From positions 79,856,001 through 79,920,000 of the forward strand of contig NC_042998.1 of assembly GCF_006345805.1 (NCBI RefSeq): a DNA stretch of 64,000 nucleotides, read 5' to 3'. Under the pieces are notes generated by a model that was not told the DNA's origin, searched no databases, and was given only the letters and a program-made list of their open reading frames with translations. A program made the translations under genes and the position numbers. Shown here in pieces: positions 28,027 through 63,156 of the stretch; the first letter of the stretch is position 1; each line of letters opens with the position of its first letter. The DNA is from Octopus sinensis. Its lineage: Eukaryota.

Positions 28027-29212
28027 ATTAATTCATATAATACCATATAATGATTCTTTCACCTGCACGATTTTCACTAAGAGAAAAAAGAAAAAAAAAC
28101 TCCTAATATGCTACAAACTCCTTATTTTTGATCGGAAAGAAAGTGGGGGGGATCGCCCCTCCCTCCATATCCCAGAATACTTGGAAATTTTTTTTTTTCG
28201 TTGAATGAATTCTGGTGACCTCTTAATATGCTATAAAACTCATTTTGGGGTCCCGAAAATGGGGTGGGATGAAGTGGAAGTCTCGGAAATTTCACCCCCA
28301 CCTCATTGATCTTTTCACCTGCATGATTTTCACTAAGAAAAAAAACTCGGATTTTTTGCATGGAATCAAGTACCCTGACCTCATAATATTTTGTTCAGAA
28401 AAAAATGGGTGGGTGGGACACTGGGCCACACACCCTTCCCATATCCTGGAATCATTGGAATTCTTTTTTTTTCGTTGACTGAATTCTGGTGACTTCGTAA
28501 TATGCTATAAAACCCTTTTTGGAGTCCGGAAAATGGGGTGGGTGGACTGGAACTCTAAGAAATTTCACCCCATCCCCATGGCAAGACTTCTGCCCGTCCC
28601 TCCCAAAACCACCCTCTTTTAAAAAATTTTGGAAAGACTCCCCCCGCCTATTTTCTCCCAAATTTGTTTATTTTTAAAACATTTTTTGCCAAAAATCCCC
28701 ATTTTCAGATACAGAGGTTCCAGAAAATTATCAAAAATTATCATTGTGAACTTTTTTACCCCTTCCCCTGCCCCAACTTCTTCAATTTTTACTTTTCTCT
28801 GCAACACTAACCCTAAAACCCTAACCCTAACTGTAAGTACAGAAATGTTTTGAAATTTTTGTCTATATTTTTCCGCTTATTTATAAAAAAAAATTTTACA
28901 AAAACTTTGGGAAAATTTTTTCAGAATTATAATCTCCGTATTTTTCTGCATATTTTGAAAAAAAATTTCTGAAAAAAGTGAAAAATGAAGGAAATGGGGG
29001 TGGGGATGGTAATTTAGAAATGTCGATTTTTGCAAATTTTTTGGCAGATTTGTATTCCCCGTAGCTGAAAAGGGGGGGGGGGTTGTGTCAAAAAAAAGAA
29101 AATTTTTTTAAGGGTGGTTTGGGAGGGGGACCCTTCATTGTTTTCGAAATTACTTGAAACAAAAACAGTGTATAGCAAGAAAAATATGGTAACAAAAGGG
29201 TTTAAATATTCC
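28027..29212. repeat. Unclassified element with an internal ~270-bp diverged direct repeat and homopolymer-rich interior
   Basis: ttcacctgca(c/t)gattttcactaag...gaaatttcacccc occurs at about 28058 and 28314; possible diverged TTAA-ended termini. Confidence 0.4.
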
Positions 29213-29310
29213 ATTTCATAACATGTAAAACACTTATTTCTTTATTTGTTGTGTTGCTTAGTTCCTGGTCAACCTTGATTGAGCTGACTTATGATCAGAA
29301 GCATTGCAAT

Positions 29311-29779
29311 TATAATAATAATGGAATTATTGTATACAGTGCTCAGGTGCACCACAACTTGTCAGAAAGTGCATATAAAGTACATGCAGTAATGTAGAAA
29401 TGTCTGGAAAGTGAACATGCTTGTGTGTGTATGGAGGGGAGAAAATCAAGTGTAGTGTTGGCGAATCTCAGGAAGCATGGAAGTTTTGAAGGATGCAGTA
29501 CTCCGACAACTAACAACCGATGCCGGCAGTTTGTTCCACACTTCAGCAACTCTCAGCGTGAAAAAATGTTTCCTGAAGTCATGGGAGCTGTGCTGTTTTC
29601 TTACTTTGTAAATATGTCCACGGGTGTTAGATGGGTGGAGTTTGAAGAGGTGCTCAGAGTTATTGTTTGTGCGATGGTTGATAATTTTATGGGCATCTGC
29701 CAAGTCAGCTGCCAGACGTCGGAGTTTCAATGTGTCCATGCCCAGGGAAGTAAGGCGTTCAGAATATGGCAAATGCCTG
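29311..29779 (-). mobile_element. Young CR1-clade LINE 3' fragment (copy 2)
   Basis: MPYSERLTSLGMDTLKLRRLAADL...WNKLPASVV open frame; same tail as copy 1. Confidence 0.9.
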
Positions 29780-31007
29780 TAGCCTGTCTTTTTCGACGTA
29801 ATGTAACTACGACTACAGTGTACAATATATCGATGGGGAATGGGGGTTAATGTGGAGTGAAAGTTTAGTGAGTGTGTTTAGGCTGGCTCCCTTGTTTGCT
29901 AGATGAATCTCTTAAGTTATTCTTTTGGTGTAGTCGTCTATATTATAATTTGAAGTTTTGGTAATCGTTCTTATCACTAAAGATGTCAGTTTTAATTGAT
30001 TAAGTATGCCAACACCCACTTTACTAAATTTTCAAGCATTAGGTATCCCTTGTCCTTAAGTAATATCCCTAACGAACACTCTAATTAAGGGGTTCTTAAC
30101 TGTGTGTGGGACTCGATCTCTACTACTGTTCTCTACATAAATGTAAAAACAAAAATCCTTATGATTTTCTTTCCTGATTGCTCATAAAACCCAGTTATTG
30201 ATAGCTTTCGAAGTTATACTGGTGCTCATAGGGATGATAAGGGTTTTGTTAACAGTCTGACAAATGGGCTACGAGAACATTAAAGCAAACTTCTCATGGG
30301 CTCAGGATCATAGATTTGTTTCGCTGAGGAGTCTGGAATGACCGAAACTTATCTCGATTGTCTCATTAATTCTAATTTATTAAACTTTCAGGCTTATGTT
30401 ACCTACCCCACTTTTTTTCTTTTACCAGAATTAGTGTCATTTAGATAATGGACCTTAATGATGATGTAATATTTGTCACTGAAGTTAAAATTTTAATTAA
30501 AACCTTTTGCTAGCACCTTTTCTCTGAATGGCTTGTACCAAGGGAGACAACACTACTTTGGTTTAATCTGAATGTAAAAATGGAAAGTAAATAGGAAATC
30601 AAGTTCATAGAAGAATTTTTTAAAATTAGTGTTGTGACCTTTCAGTGTGTATTCTCTCTCTCTCTCTGTCTCTCACACAATAATAGCAGCAGTGTGTGAT
30701 GTCCAATATTATAGAAAATATCAGTAAAAAAATCATAGCTTATGAACTAATCTTCAAAAGTGTATCCCTGTGCAAAATTTGAGGTACCTAAGTGTAAAAC
30801 ACCTAGACTACACCTAAAAACATAGAACTGTATGTATAATGTATGTGTATGTGTGTGTATACATATATATATAACATACACCCATTCAGACTGCCTCTGA
30901 CTACACCTAAAAACATAGAACTGTATGTATAATGTATGTGTGTGTGTGTATACGTAAATGTTGAACAATAAAACGAGTGCTCAACACTGCATTGGCAGAT
31001 ATATAGG

Positions 31008-31317
31008 TTCTTTATTTGTGAATTAAGGCTACCATTGGTTTCATGTTAAGAAAAGTAGGAAAATATCTTTGTGTTTTAATTTTTCAAACTGATCACATTG
31101 AGAAAGGTATTCACCTCCATTTTGGAAAACAGTCTCACCTCATTCACAGAATTTCTCGTAAATTCACTAGAAATCTTATAAATGAAGCGAGATTGTTTTT
31201 CAAAATGAAGGCAAGCACCTTTCTCCATGTGATTAGCTTGAGAAATTAAGACACCAGGATATATTCCTACTTTTCCTGGCATGTAACCAATGGTAGCCTT
31301 AAATCACAAATAAAGAA
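31008..31317. repeat. Old fold-back inverted repeat or MITE (~150-bp arms, roughly 80% identity by eye)
   Basis: ctttatttgtgaattaaggctaccattggtt... pairs with ...aaccaatggtagccttaaatcacaaataaag. Confidence 0.85.
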
Positions 31318-31321
31318 AATA

Positions 31322-31689
31322 TCTTGCTTGCCAATCACATGGTTCCAGGTTCAGTCCCACTGCATGGCACCGTAGGCAAGTGTCTTCTACTATAGCCTCA
31401 GGCCGATCAAAGCCTTGTGAGTGGATTTGGTAGACAGAAACTGAAAGAAGCCTGTCATATATATATATATGTGCGTGTGTGTGTATGTTTGTGTGTCTGT
31501 GTTTGTCCCCCCAGCATCGCTTGACAACCAATGTTGGCATGTTTATATCCCCGTAACTTAGCGATTCAGCAAAAGAGGACAATAAAATAAGTACTAGGCT
31601 TATAAAGAATAAGTCCTGGGGTTGATTTGTTCAACTAAAGACTGGTGCTCCAGCATGACACAGTCAAATGACTGAAACAAATGAAAATA
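31322..31689 (+). mobile_element. SINE family B copy (head-truncated)
   Basis: Colinear with the reverse complement of 31706-32122. Confidence 0.85.
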
Positions 31690-31705
31690 TATATATATAT
31701 ATATA

Positions 31706-31926
31706 CTCTTTTACTCTTTACTCTTTTACTTGTTTCAGTCATTTGACTGCGGCCATGCTGGAGCACCACCTTTAATCGAGCAACTCAACCCGGGACTTAT
31801 TTGTAAGCCCAGTACTTATTCTATCGGTCTCTTTTGCCGAACCGCTAAGTGACGGGGACATAAACACACCAGCATCGGTTGTCAAGCAATACTAGGGGGA
31901 CAAACACAGACACACAAACACACACG

Positions 31927-31963
<37 letters not shown>

Positions 31964-32119
31964 GACAGGCTTCTTTCAGTTTCCGTCTACCAAATCCACT
32001 CACAAGGCTCTGGTCGGCCCGAGGCTATAGTAGAAGACACTTGCCCAAGGTGCCACGCAGTGGGACTGAACCCGGAACCATGTGGTTGGTAAGCAAGCTA
32101 CTTACCACACAGCCACTCC

Positions 32120-32122
<3 letters not shown>
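31706..32122 (-). mobile_element. Full-length tRNA-derived SINE family B
   Basis: Minus-strand head gcaggagtggctgtgtggtaag (A-box) and ccgggttcagtccc (B-box), central (TA)n, (AAAGAGT)n tail. Confidence 0.9.
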
Positions 32123-32153
<31 letters not shown>

Positions 32154-32489
32154 TACATTCTCCCCACACACACATCAATTCCCAAAAATTCTGCTTGGTG
32201 AATATGCTGGCATGGACCTCAAATAAGCTGTTATTTTAATGTGTTGGTGAGTAAATAGTAGCCACTCTGTCAAACATCATAGCAGCAGCAACAACACTGT
32301 CTTGGGCATGGGAACAGTACTCAAAAGGCAAAATCAGCTCTGATCCCAAAACATGACAATTTATTACAAAACCACCATTTTAATATTTCTTTAGCTATAT
32401 TTTGTCAACAACTCAGATCCTGTAACTTTGCAATTTATTATTTTAATACTTTATTTTTTTTTTTTTTTTACAGAATAATTTAGTGACTA

Positions 32490-55717
<23,228 letters not shown>

Positions 55718-56147
55718 GCAGTTTATTACAATCTTTGGAAGTTTGATCAAAAGATAATGTCGACCATTAATCCTTCCTAATTAAACTACAATCAAAATTC
55801 TTTTAGATGATTCACAAAGTTTATAAATCCATTTTAAATAATATCATAACTTACATTTAATGTTATATTTGTATGACTGAAATTATGTAAAATATGAATA
55901 ATATTTGTAAGATTACTTACAACAAACCAATAATAATGACGATAATAATTACAGCATAGAGGACACATATTGGCCATTCAAAAACACCAAAATTGTAACT
56001 TCACTTAAACATTTATTATTGGATGTCAAAGTCTTTGTTTCATCAACTGTAATTTGGTCACTGATGCGATTCTGCTGCATCTCATTTAAAGCAAGTATGT
56101 TGGTTAGTGACCAGGTTGCAGTTAGTGCTACAATAATTTTGACACCA

Positions 56148-56153
56148 AATAAA
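56148..56153 (+). terminator. Candidate polyadenylation signal of YARS1
   Basis: AATAAA about 430 nt after the stop, followed by a GT/T-rich tract; another AATAAA lies at 56301. Confidence 0.4.
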
Positions 56154-57899
56154 TGTTTGTGAATTTTAGCTTTTTTTTTTCTTTTTTTTTTTGAATGCCT
56201 AGTATATAGCTTTCACACTAATTATTTTAATTTCAACACAGGGTTTTAGATCAAATCACTTGCATGGGAAGTACATCTCTGAAATGATGATAATAATAAT
56301 AATAAAGATTTCTTTTGATGATGATAAAATCTTTGAGCCACTTAATGTAATGTTATATTGTATTTTCTTCTAGATTAAAGTAATATTGAATTTTAACATT
56401 GGCTTAAGATTACATATTTTGTTAGGAACACAAGTTGCTTAATTCTGGTATTTTATTTCATCAACATAAAATTATGAAAGTTAAAGTTGACAAATTAGTA
56501 TTGCATAATAATACAGTAAATAAGGAATATGAGTTATATCTACTTGACGTTACCATCATGCCTTTTTGCTTTCCAAGAACATTATCTTTGAAATAAAATT
56601 AATATTAATATTTAACCATTTGTTTTGGATTTCATTTTATTGCTTTTATTTATTATTTAAAATTTTTTAAAATTTATTTTTACTTTTGACACAGTCAGAT
56701 AGAGGAAATCCTGAGAAATTGTTAATGATAATGAGCTTATTGTATACAGTACTCAGGTGCACTATAATTTGTTTGAAAAAGTTTAAAAGAAGAGATAGAA
56801 AACAGACATACATGTCATGTAATGACACAGCAATTAAGGCTAGAGGTACATGAATAATATACAGAATTAAATACAGAAAAGTAAGCATTAAAAGAGTCAT
56901 AAAGAGGAAATGGTGCATAAGCACATCAATATTTGAAGTTTTGGTGAGTTTCAGGAAGCATGAATGTTCCTTATTCAAAACCTAAAACGGTCCTCGTGGA
57001 GCCAAATTTCTCAGTAAAACTAAGTGTATACAGATATGACACAATCATCATTATCATTTTGTCTGCTTTTCCATGTTAGCATGGGTTGGACAGGTTGTCA
57101 CTGTCAGTGTTATTTCTTATTTGTAGTGCCCACACAAATGGGTCAAAGACCATGTCTCCCAAATTCCATTTTTGGAATGGTTTCTACAACTGGATCCCCT
57201 TTTCTTTTGCCAGCCACTTTAAAGAGTGTACTAGATTCATACTTGCACTACGGAGGGAATATTTCACAAATGTAATTAGTAAGGAAACCCAATTACCGTT
57301 GTTAGTAATGAGATTAAATAAAAACATGAACAGTGTGGTATAGGAAAGGAGAATGACAGATTGAAAACAGTGTTAGAAGAGGGAGTATTGGAAGTGAGTG
57401 AGAGTGATGGAGATTGACAATGTGAGGCAAGATTCAGTGATGGATAGCATGCAGATGGGTGATGGATATCAATAATGAGTGGTAGGGAATGTATTGTGTG
57501 AGAAAGTGATGACTGATAAAGAAGGGTGATAGCAAGAAGCAATTGACAATGAGGAGATCCAGTGTGATGCATCTCTTGTTACATAGGCAGTGTGATGGGA
57601 GAAGTGCACTGATAGGAGGGAGACCTAAATGTGAATGTTATACATCCCAATCTTCATAAATTTTTAGGTTCATTTTTCCATGATTGTGAAAGCATGTGAC
57701 CTTAGAGTGTTGCACACATGATCACAGGAGAATCCAACAGGAAAGGAAGATGGAAGGGAAAAATCGCCAACGTCTCTTGGACCTGGATAGTGTATTGTGG
57801 TCTTGAGCAAAATACTTCATTTCATATTGTTCCAGTCCACACAGCTGTAAATAAGTAACCCGTAACAGACTGGCTTCCATTTATAACGTGTCAAAGTGC

Positions 57900-58600
57900 T
57901 GTCATCTGCCTGTTGGTCCTTCTCCTACAACTCAACTTGATTTCGAGCTGGGTCGTCTGCTGCTGGAGAGGACCGACCAGGTAAAGGACCTGGGTATCTT
58001 GGTGGATTCTTCCTTTTCGCCAACAAAGCACACGGAGTTCTGTTTTTGATTTGACAGTCATTCGGAATGCTCACAGCAGCCATATTCCTACTGCTCTATG
58101 TCACGCTGGTGAGACCCATATTGGTGTATGGGATTCAAGCCTCTTCTTATCTCCTCAAAGACATACAGCATCTCGAAAGAGTCCAGAAGCTGGCTACCCG
58201 CATGGTTCTTGGTCTCAAGCATTTGTCTTATGAAGAAAGGCTGAAGACGCTCGACCTTTATTCTCTAGAAAAACGCCGCCGCCGTGGTGATCTCATTCTT
58301 GCTCACAACATCATAAGTGGAAAGTGTATCCTCTCGAAAGAGCTGTTCTTCACTCCGAAAAGCTCTATCTGCGACGATTTCATCTCAATCGAAGGAGAGG
58401 GGCTTTCTCCGTCCGGGTTGCGGATCCGTGGAATAAGCTGCCAGATGAGATAGTGAAGATGCCGACAACCGCTTGGTTCAAAGTCTCTCTTGACCAGAAA
58501 TGGCCTGAACTCTTTGCATGAACACCCTCCCTGTACATAACTCCATGTCCCCCTACATGACCTTGCTTTTTGCTTTTTGAGCCAAAAACTTAACTTATAA
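57900..58600 (+). mobile_element. CR1-clade LINE RT C-terminal fragment
   Basis: KDLGILVD...LYVTLVRPILVYG...IQHLERVQKLATRM...EERLKTLDLYSLEKRRRRGDLI...WNKLP. Confidence 0.9.
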
Positions 58601-58749
58601 AGAACGTTCAGAAACAGGAGAATCCAATAGGAAAGGAAGATGGAGGGAAAAAATCTCCAACGATTCACATGTGGTTACATTTTGAAATGACTAGAAGGGA
58701 ATTGGTGAAAAAAAAATCTCTTTCTAAGACAGGAGAGTGTAAGAGATGG

Positions 58750-59560
58750 AGGTGTGTTGTGTGTGTGGTGTTTGTGTGGTATTGACTGTTTATATGTGTA
58801 AGTGTGAGTGAAGTTTGTATCTTTTAATGTTGTAGGTGGTCCTTTGTGTAGTTGTGTCTTTTCACGTGTGTAGAGGAATGGTCAGTGGAAAGGAGTTTGA
58901 AGCATGCATATGTGTGTGCATGTACGTATATGTTGTGTGTGTGTGTGTGTTTTCTGTACTGTGTGTGTGTGTGTGTGCACGTGGGATTGCATGTGTGGAG
59001 TTATATGTGCATTCCTGTGTGTGTATACATGTGCATGCGTGTGTTTCTGTGCGTGTGTGTGTGTGCCCATGTATGAGTAATTGTTAATGTATGTATGAGT
59101 GTGTGTGAGAGGTATGTGTGTGTTCATGAGCGTGTGTGTGTGTATATATATATATGTGTGTATATATATGTGCGAGTATGTGTATGCGTGTGAGTGTGTG
59201 TATGTGCATGTAGTTGTGTGTGCATAGGGTTGTGTGAGTTAGGTATGTGTGCATTCCAGTGCACATGCATGTATGTGTGTATGCATGTGCACATGTATAT
59301 GTGTGTGCATGAGTATGTGAATGTGCATGGGGGTTGTGTATGTGAAGGTATATGTGCATTCATGTGTACGTGCATGCATGTATGTGTGTGCATGTATGTG
59401 TTTTGTGTGTATATATGTATGTGGTGTGTGTGGCAGGTATATGTGCATTCATGTGTGTGCTCGTGAGTGTATTTGTGCATGTGTGTGTATATGTACATGT
59501 GTGTATGTATGTGTGCATGCATACAGAAATAAAATAAGAATGATAAAAAAGTTGGAAAAG
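58750..59560. repeat. (TG/CA)-rich cryptic microsatellite tract
   Basis: Seen directly; source of the CVCV and HTHT ORFs. Confidence 0.95.
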
Positions 59561-59843
59561 GAGGGGAAGGGTACAAGATGTAGAAATTAAAAAATGAAAA
59601 AAATACAAAAAAATAACTGATACAAGATAAAAAAGTAAAAAATAAATTTAAAAAATTAAATTAAAGGGATAAAATAGAAATTAATACAATTAAAAAGTTA
59701 AAAAAATTCGACCGAAAAAAAAAAAACCGATATAAAATAAAAAAAAGGTAACAGTGTAAAAAAATAAGTGGGTATAAGAGAGGATAAAATAAGATAAAAT
59801 AAAATAATAAGTTGCTTTTTTAGGGAGGGTGTAGAGTCAGTTG

Positions 59844-60100
59844 TTAAGAGGAGGGGGTTGTGTTGAGTCCGAAGGGAGTTTGTGTTTGTAGAGTGAAAAT
59901 GTAACGCTGTTCCAAGAGGAGTCAGAAGTGTGTGGTTCCATGGTGCAGGGCGAGTCCAAAAATGGAGATATTATAGGTGAAGTGACTGGCCAAGTGGAAA
60001 TGACAGGCAACGGGGGTGTTCATGTGTAGCTGAACATCTTGTAGATGTTCGGTGAACCGGTTGGCCAGCCGGCAGCCCATCTGACCAACGTAAGAGTTTA
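59844..60100 (-). mobile_element. Penelope-like GIY-YIG endonuclease C-terminal remnant
   Basis: YVGQMGCRLANRFTEHL...PVACHF...F*LLLEQRYIFTLQTQTPFGLN matches the YIG, R..EH, E and GLN motifs. Confidence 0.8.
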
Positions 60101-60349
60101 TTGCAGAGATTACATCTAATGTAATAGATAAGGCTTGAAGAGGTGCAGGAGAAGGAGCTTCAAATGTGGAGAGTGTGCTGGTTGGATCCAGTGAGGGATG
60201 TGGTGTTGGTGATGAAAGGACAGGTGTGACAGCGAGATCTAGAGGAAAGGAAGGATCTGGGTTGGGCTGGGGACCAGTAGACTGCATAGGTTACAGGCGC
60301 GTTTAAAGGAGGACAAGGGTGGGTTGGAGAAAATGGGGTGGGTGGTGGG

Positions 60350-60830
60350 ATCTAGATATCGCCAAGCTAACATAGCTAGCTAGAGGCTATGGCCTCTTGG
60401 AACTAATCAACAGCAGCATTCGTCCTATTTTTCTGGACTGCCATGTTAGCTTGGCAATAACTATTAATACCCAGTACCGCTGCTGTAGTCCCCCTTAGAG
60501 AGACTTAGAAATATTAAAATTTCTATTTTTGAAAATCAGTGGATGTATTCCACTGAATTTAGGTAAATAATCCTTCGAACAGATGGTCCGTAGTGACACC
60601 TGCCTGGTTCGGCTGGTTTACATTGATAAGGGGCAAATACCCTGAAACTAGTCTGCAGATGCCAGACCTGAAAAGAGAAACGGCTGACCTCCCCTGTTCG
60701 ATAGTTATAATGGACACAGGTTTGTGTGTCACATAGCTAGCTAGAGGCGATGGCCTCTTGGAGCTAATCAACAGCAGCATTCATCCTATTTTTCTGGACT
60801 GCCATGTTAGCTTGGCGATAACTATTAATA
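60350..60830. mobile_element. Penelope-like terminal repeat region with direct and inverted repeats and a hammerhead relic
   Basis: 60371-60469 is repeated at 60731-60830; 60357-60373 is inverted at 60804-60820; TTGATAA-GGGG..CCCT-GAAACTAGTC at 60623-60653. Confidence 0.6.
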
Positions 60831-61229
60831 TATATCATCATCATCATCAACCCTATTTAACGTCTGCTTTCCACGCTAGCATGGGTTGGATGATTTGACT
60901 GAGGACTGGCGAACCAGATGGCTGCACCAGGCTCTAATCTGATCTGGCAGAGTTTCTACAGTTGGATGCCCTTATCTCATAAAGTACCTTAATTCGTCTG
61001 CCTTTACGTTCTGAGTTCAAATTCTGCCAAAGTCGACTTTGCCTTTCATTCTTTCAGGGTCGATGAATTAAGTACAAGTTGCGTACTGGGGTTGATCTAA
61101 TCGACTGGTCCCCTCCCAGAAAATTTCGCCCTTGTGCCTAGAGTAGAAAAGAATATCTCATAAGTAACTTCTTTGAATGCAGCACTGTTTTTTCCTTCTC
61201 TTCCAGCATATAACTATTGTTGTTGTTTG

Positions 61230-61475
61230 GCCGATGCCTAGCTGAACGTGGCCAATGCCAGCGCTGCCTAGACTGGCTTCCGTGCCGGTGGCACGTAAAA
61301 AGCACCCGCTACACTCACGGAGTGGTTGGCGTTAGGAAGGGCATCCAGCTACTGTAGAAACACTGCCAGATCAGACTGGAGCCTGGTGCAGCCTTCTGGG
61401 TTCCCAGATCCCCGGTCGAACCGTCCAACTCATGATAGCATGGAGAACGGACGTTAAACGATGATGATGATGATT
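61230..61475 (+). mobile_element. RTE 3' UTR fragment
   Basis: cgtgccggtggcacgtaaaaagcacc...gttaaacgatgatgatgat. Confidence 0.85.
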
Positions 61476-61878
61476 TGTAAAAGACCAACACAGTTCAACA
61501 CTATGTGCAATAATAAAGTTTTCTGTTTGTTCACGGGTGTTGTCAGTTACTTCACCACGTAGCCCAAGAAAAACATTTTCATTCATCAACTCACCCAGTC
61601 ATTATCTCCGATCAGCTAACAAAACCCACTCACGACAAGTGTAAATGGTGAACGTCAATCAACAATGAGTCTAGAGTTGGCATCAAAAGGGCATCCAGAC
61701 GTAAAGCACTGCCTCAGAAAGCCTTCAGCCTGTCAGAGTAGAAAGCAGATATGTGAATATTAACCCACACAAAAAATTAATGACAAATGAAATGCTTGTT
61801 ATAGCTAAAAACTCAAATTTGTCGATTGCAGAGGAACACACGTCAAATATAAGGAACTCTTTTTAAAGGATAACTTAG

Positions 61879-62290
61879 GGATCTTTTCGGTTTGAACGGC
61901 AGTTTTTAAAAATAATTTCCACGTAACTAAACATTTTAAACTGAGTATACTGGTAGAATGTGGTTATAGAACATCTTTTTCTCTTGACTTTATTGTGAAA
62001 ATTCTATAGTTTGTAAGATATTTGTTGTTTTTTTTTCTTCAATTTCTGCAATTTCAACCAATCAATGACGTCTATTGAGGTGAAAAAATTCTGTGCCGTA
62101 TCAAAATGTCCATAGTTTAAGAAACAGATTGGGTTTATTTACATTTCTGAAGAAAAAAAAAGATATCCTTCCCCCACCTCTAACCCTAAAATAGATTGAA
62201 ATGCAATAGATCGATACTAAGGTCATAATTATGGGTGACAATTTCATATGACACCGCCAGAAAAAACTACCGTTCAAACCGAAAAGATCC
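61879..62290. mobile_element. MITE with GG-starting TIRs and a perfect 8-bp TSD (Merlin-like)
   Basis: TIRs ggatcttttcggtttgaacggcagtttt / aaaactaccgttcaaaccgaaaagatcc; TSD taacttag at 61871-61878 and 62291-62298. Confidence 0.85.
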
Positions 62291-62415
62291 TAACTTAGTA
62301 TACTGAGCGAGGCAGAGTAATCGAATAAGTCGCAGCATACTTCGTTTACCAAAAAGGACTTAAATATGAAAGGGATAAAACAACAAATTCATTTATCAGC
62401 GGGCAGTCATTTCAG

Positions 62416-62630
62416 CCAATCAGATCCCTTGTAATATAACAAACACCATCCAATCAAACGATGCGATAGTATGACTTTTAATAGCATGCTTACTGAAAAC
62501 GTGTTTTAGTAGTCGGGGATTGTAATGGCTTGTCGTCGACTCCCGTTCTCTATGTGGTGTGATAGCTTCTTGAATATTTTGTCATGAGGCGCGTGTACCA
62601 AAATATCGACAAGTACAATGATGGGTAAGT
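62416..62630 (+). promoter_or_regulatory. Probable promoter and first exon of an unidentified downstream gene
   Basis: CCAAT boxes at 62416 and 62450, locally CpG-rich sequence, and a strong GG|GTAAGT donor at 62625. Confidence 0.45.
62584..62624 (+). CDS. Candidate first coding exon (MRRVYQNIDKYNDG, phase 2), product unknown
   Basis: ATG in frame up to the gtaagt donor; no homology recognised. Confidence 0.3.
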
Positions 62631-62820
62631 GGCATGTTATATATATATATACAAATATAAAATATATGTCTAGAATTGCTTGATAAGTTTAATATCTATC
62701 ACCTCTAATGTACACATTATACTTTTAATTTTTATGTCCAAATCCCACTCCTTTTCGGTTTACGAAGATATTTTTTCCTTTTCTTTCATTTTATTTTTCG
62801 ACTGGTTAGTTTGTTTAGAC

Positions 62821-63156
62821 CAGTGATTTTCAACGGGGGGTCTCTATGGCCCTTGTGGGCCCTGTAAGATTTTTTTTGTAAAATTCATCTGCAATAAATT
62901 AGTTTTACTTCGACAATACACGAAATATTTTAACAGTTCAGTTTTTTTGTTATATATATAATATATATAATATATAATATATAATATGTATATATATAAT
63001 ACCTAATAATATTTAATTATAAAAATTTAATATGATTTTTTTAAAACATCGAATGGCTATTAGGGACTGAAGGCCACCCGAATAAATAGGAATGAAAAGG
63101 GTCCATATGTAAAAAAAAAAAAAAAAGAAAGAAAGAAAAATAATTGAGAAACACTG
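62821..63156. mobile_element. hAT (Charlie-like) MITE
   Basis: TIRs cagtgattttcaa / ttgagaaacactg; 8-bp TSD gtttagac/gtttggac. Confidence 0.8.

Noticed and set aside
28809-28831. Telomere-like (CCCTAA) repeats, also at 54378-54406
   Set aside because: Only 2-3 imperfect units inside dispersed repeat elements; not an interstitial telomere.
58836-59608. Cys/His-rich ORFs resembling metallothioneins or zinc fingers
   Set aside because: Products of (TG)n cryptic repeats, open in several frames on both strands.
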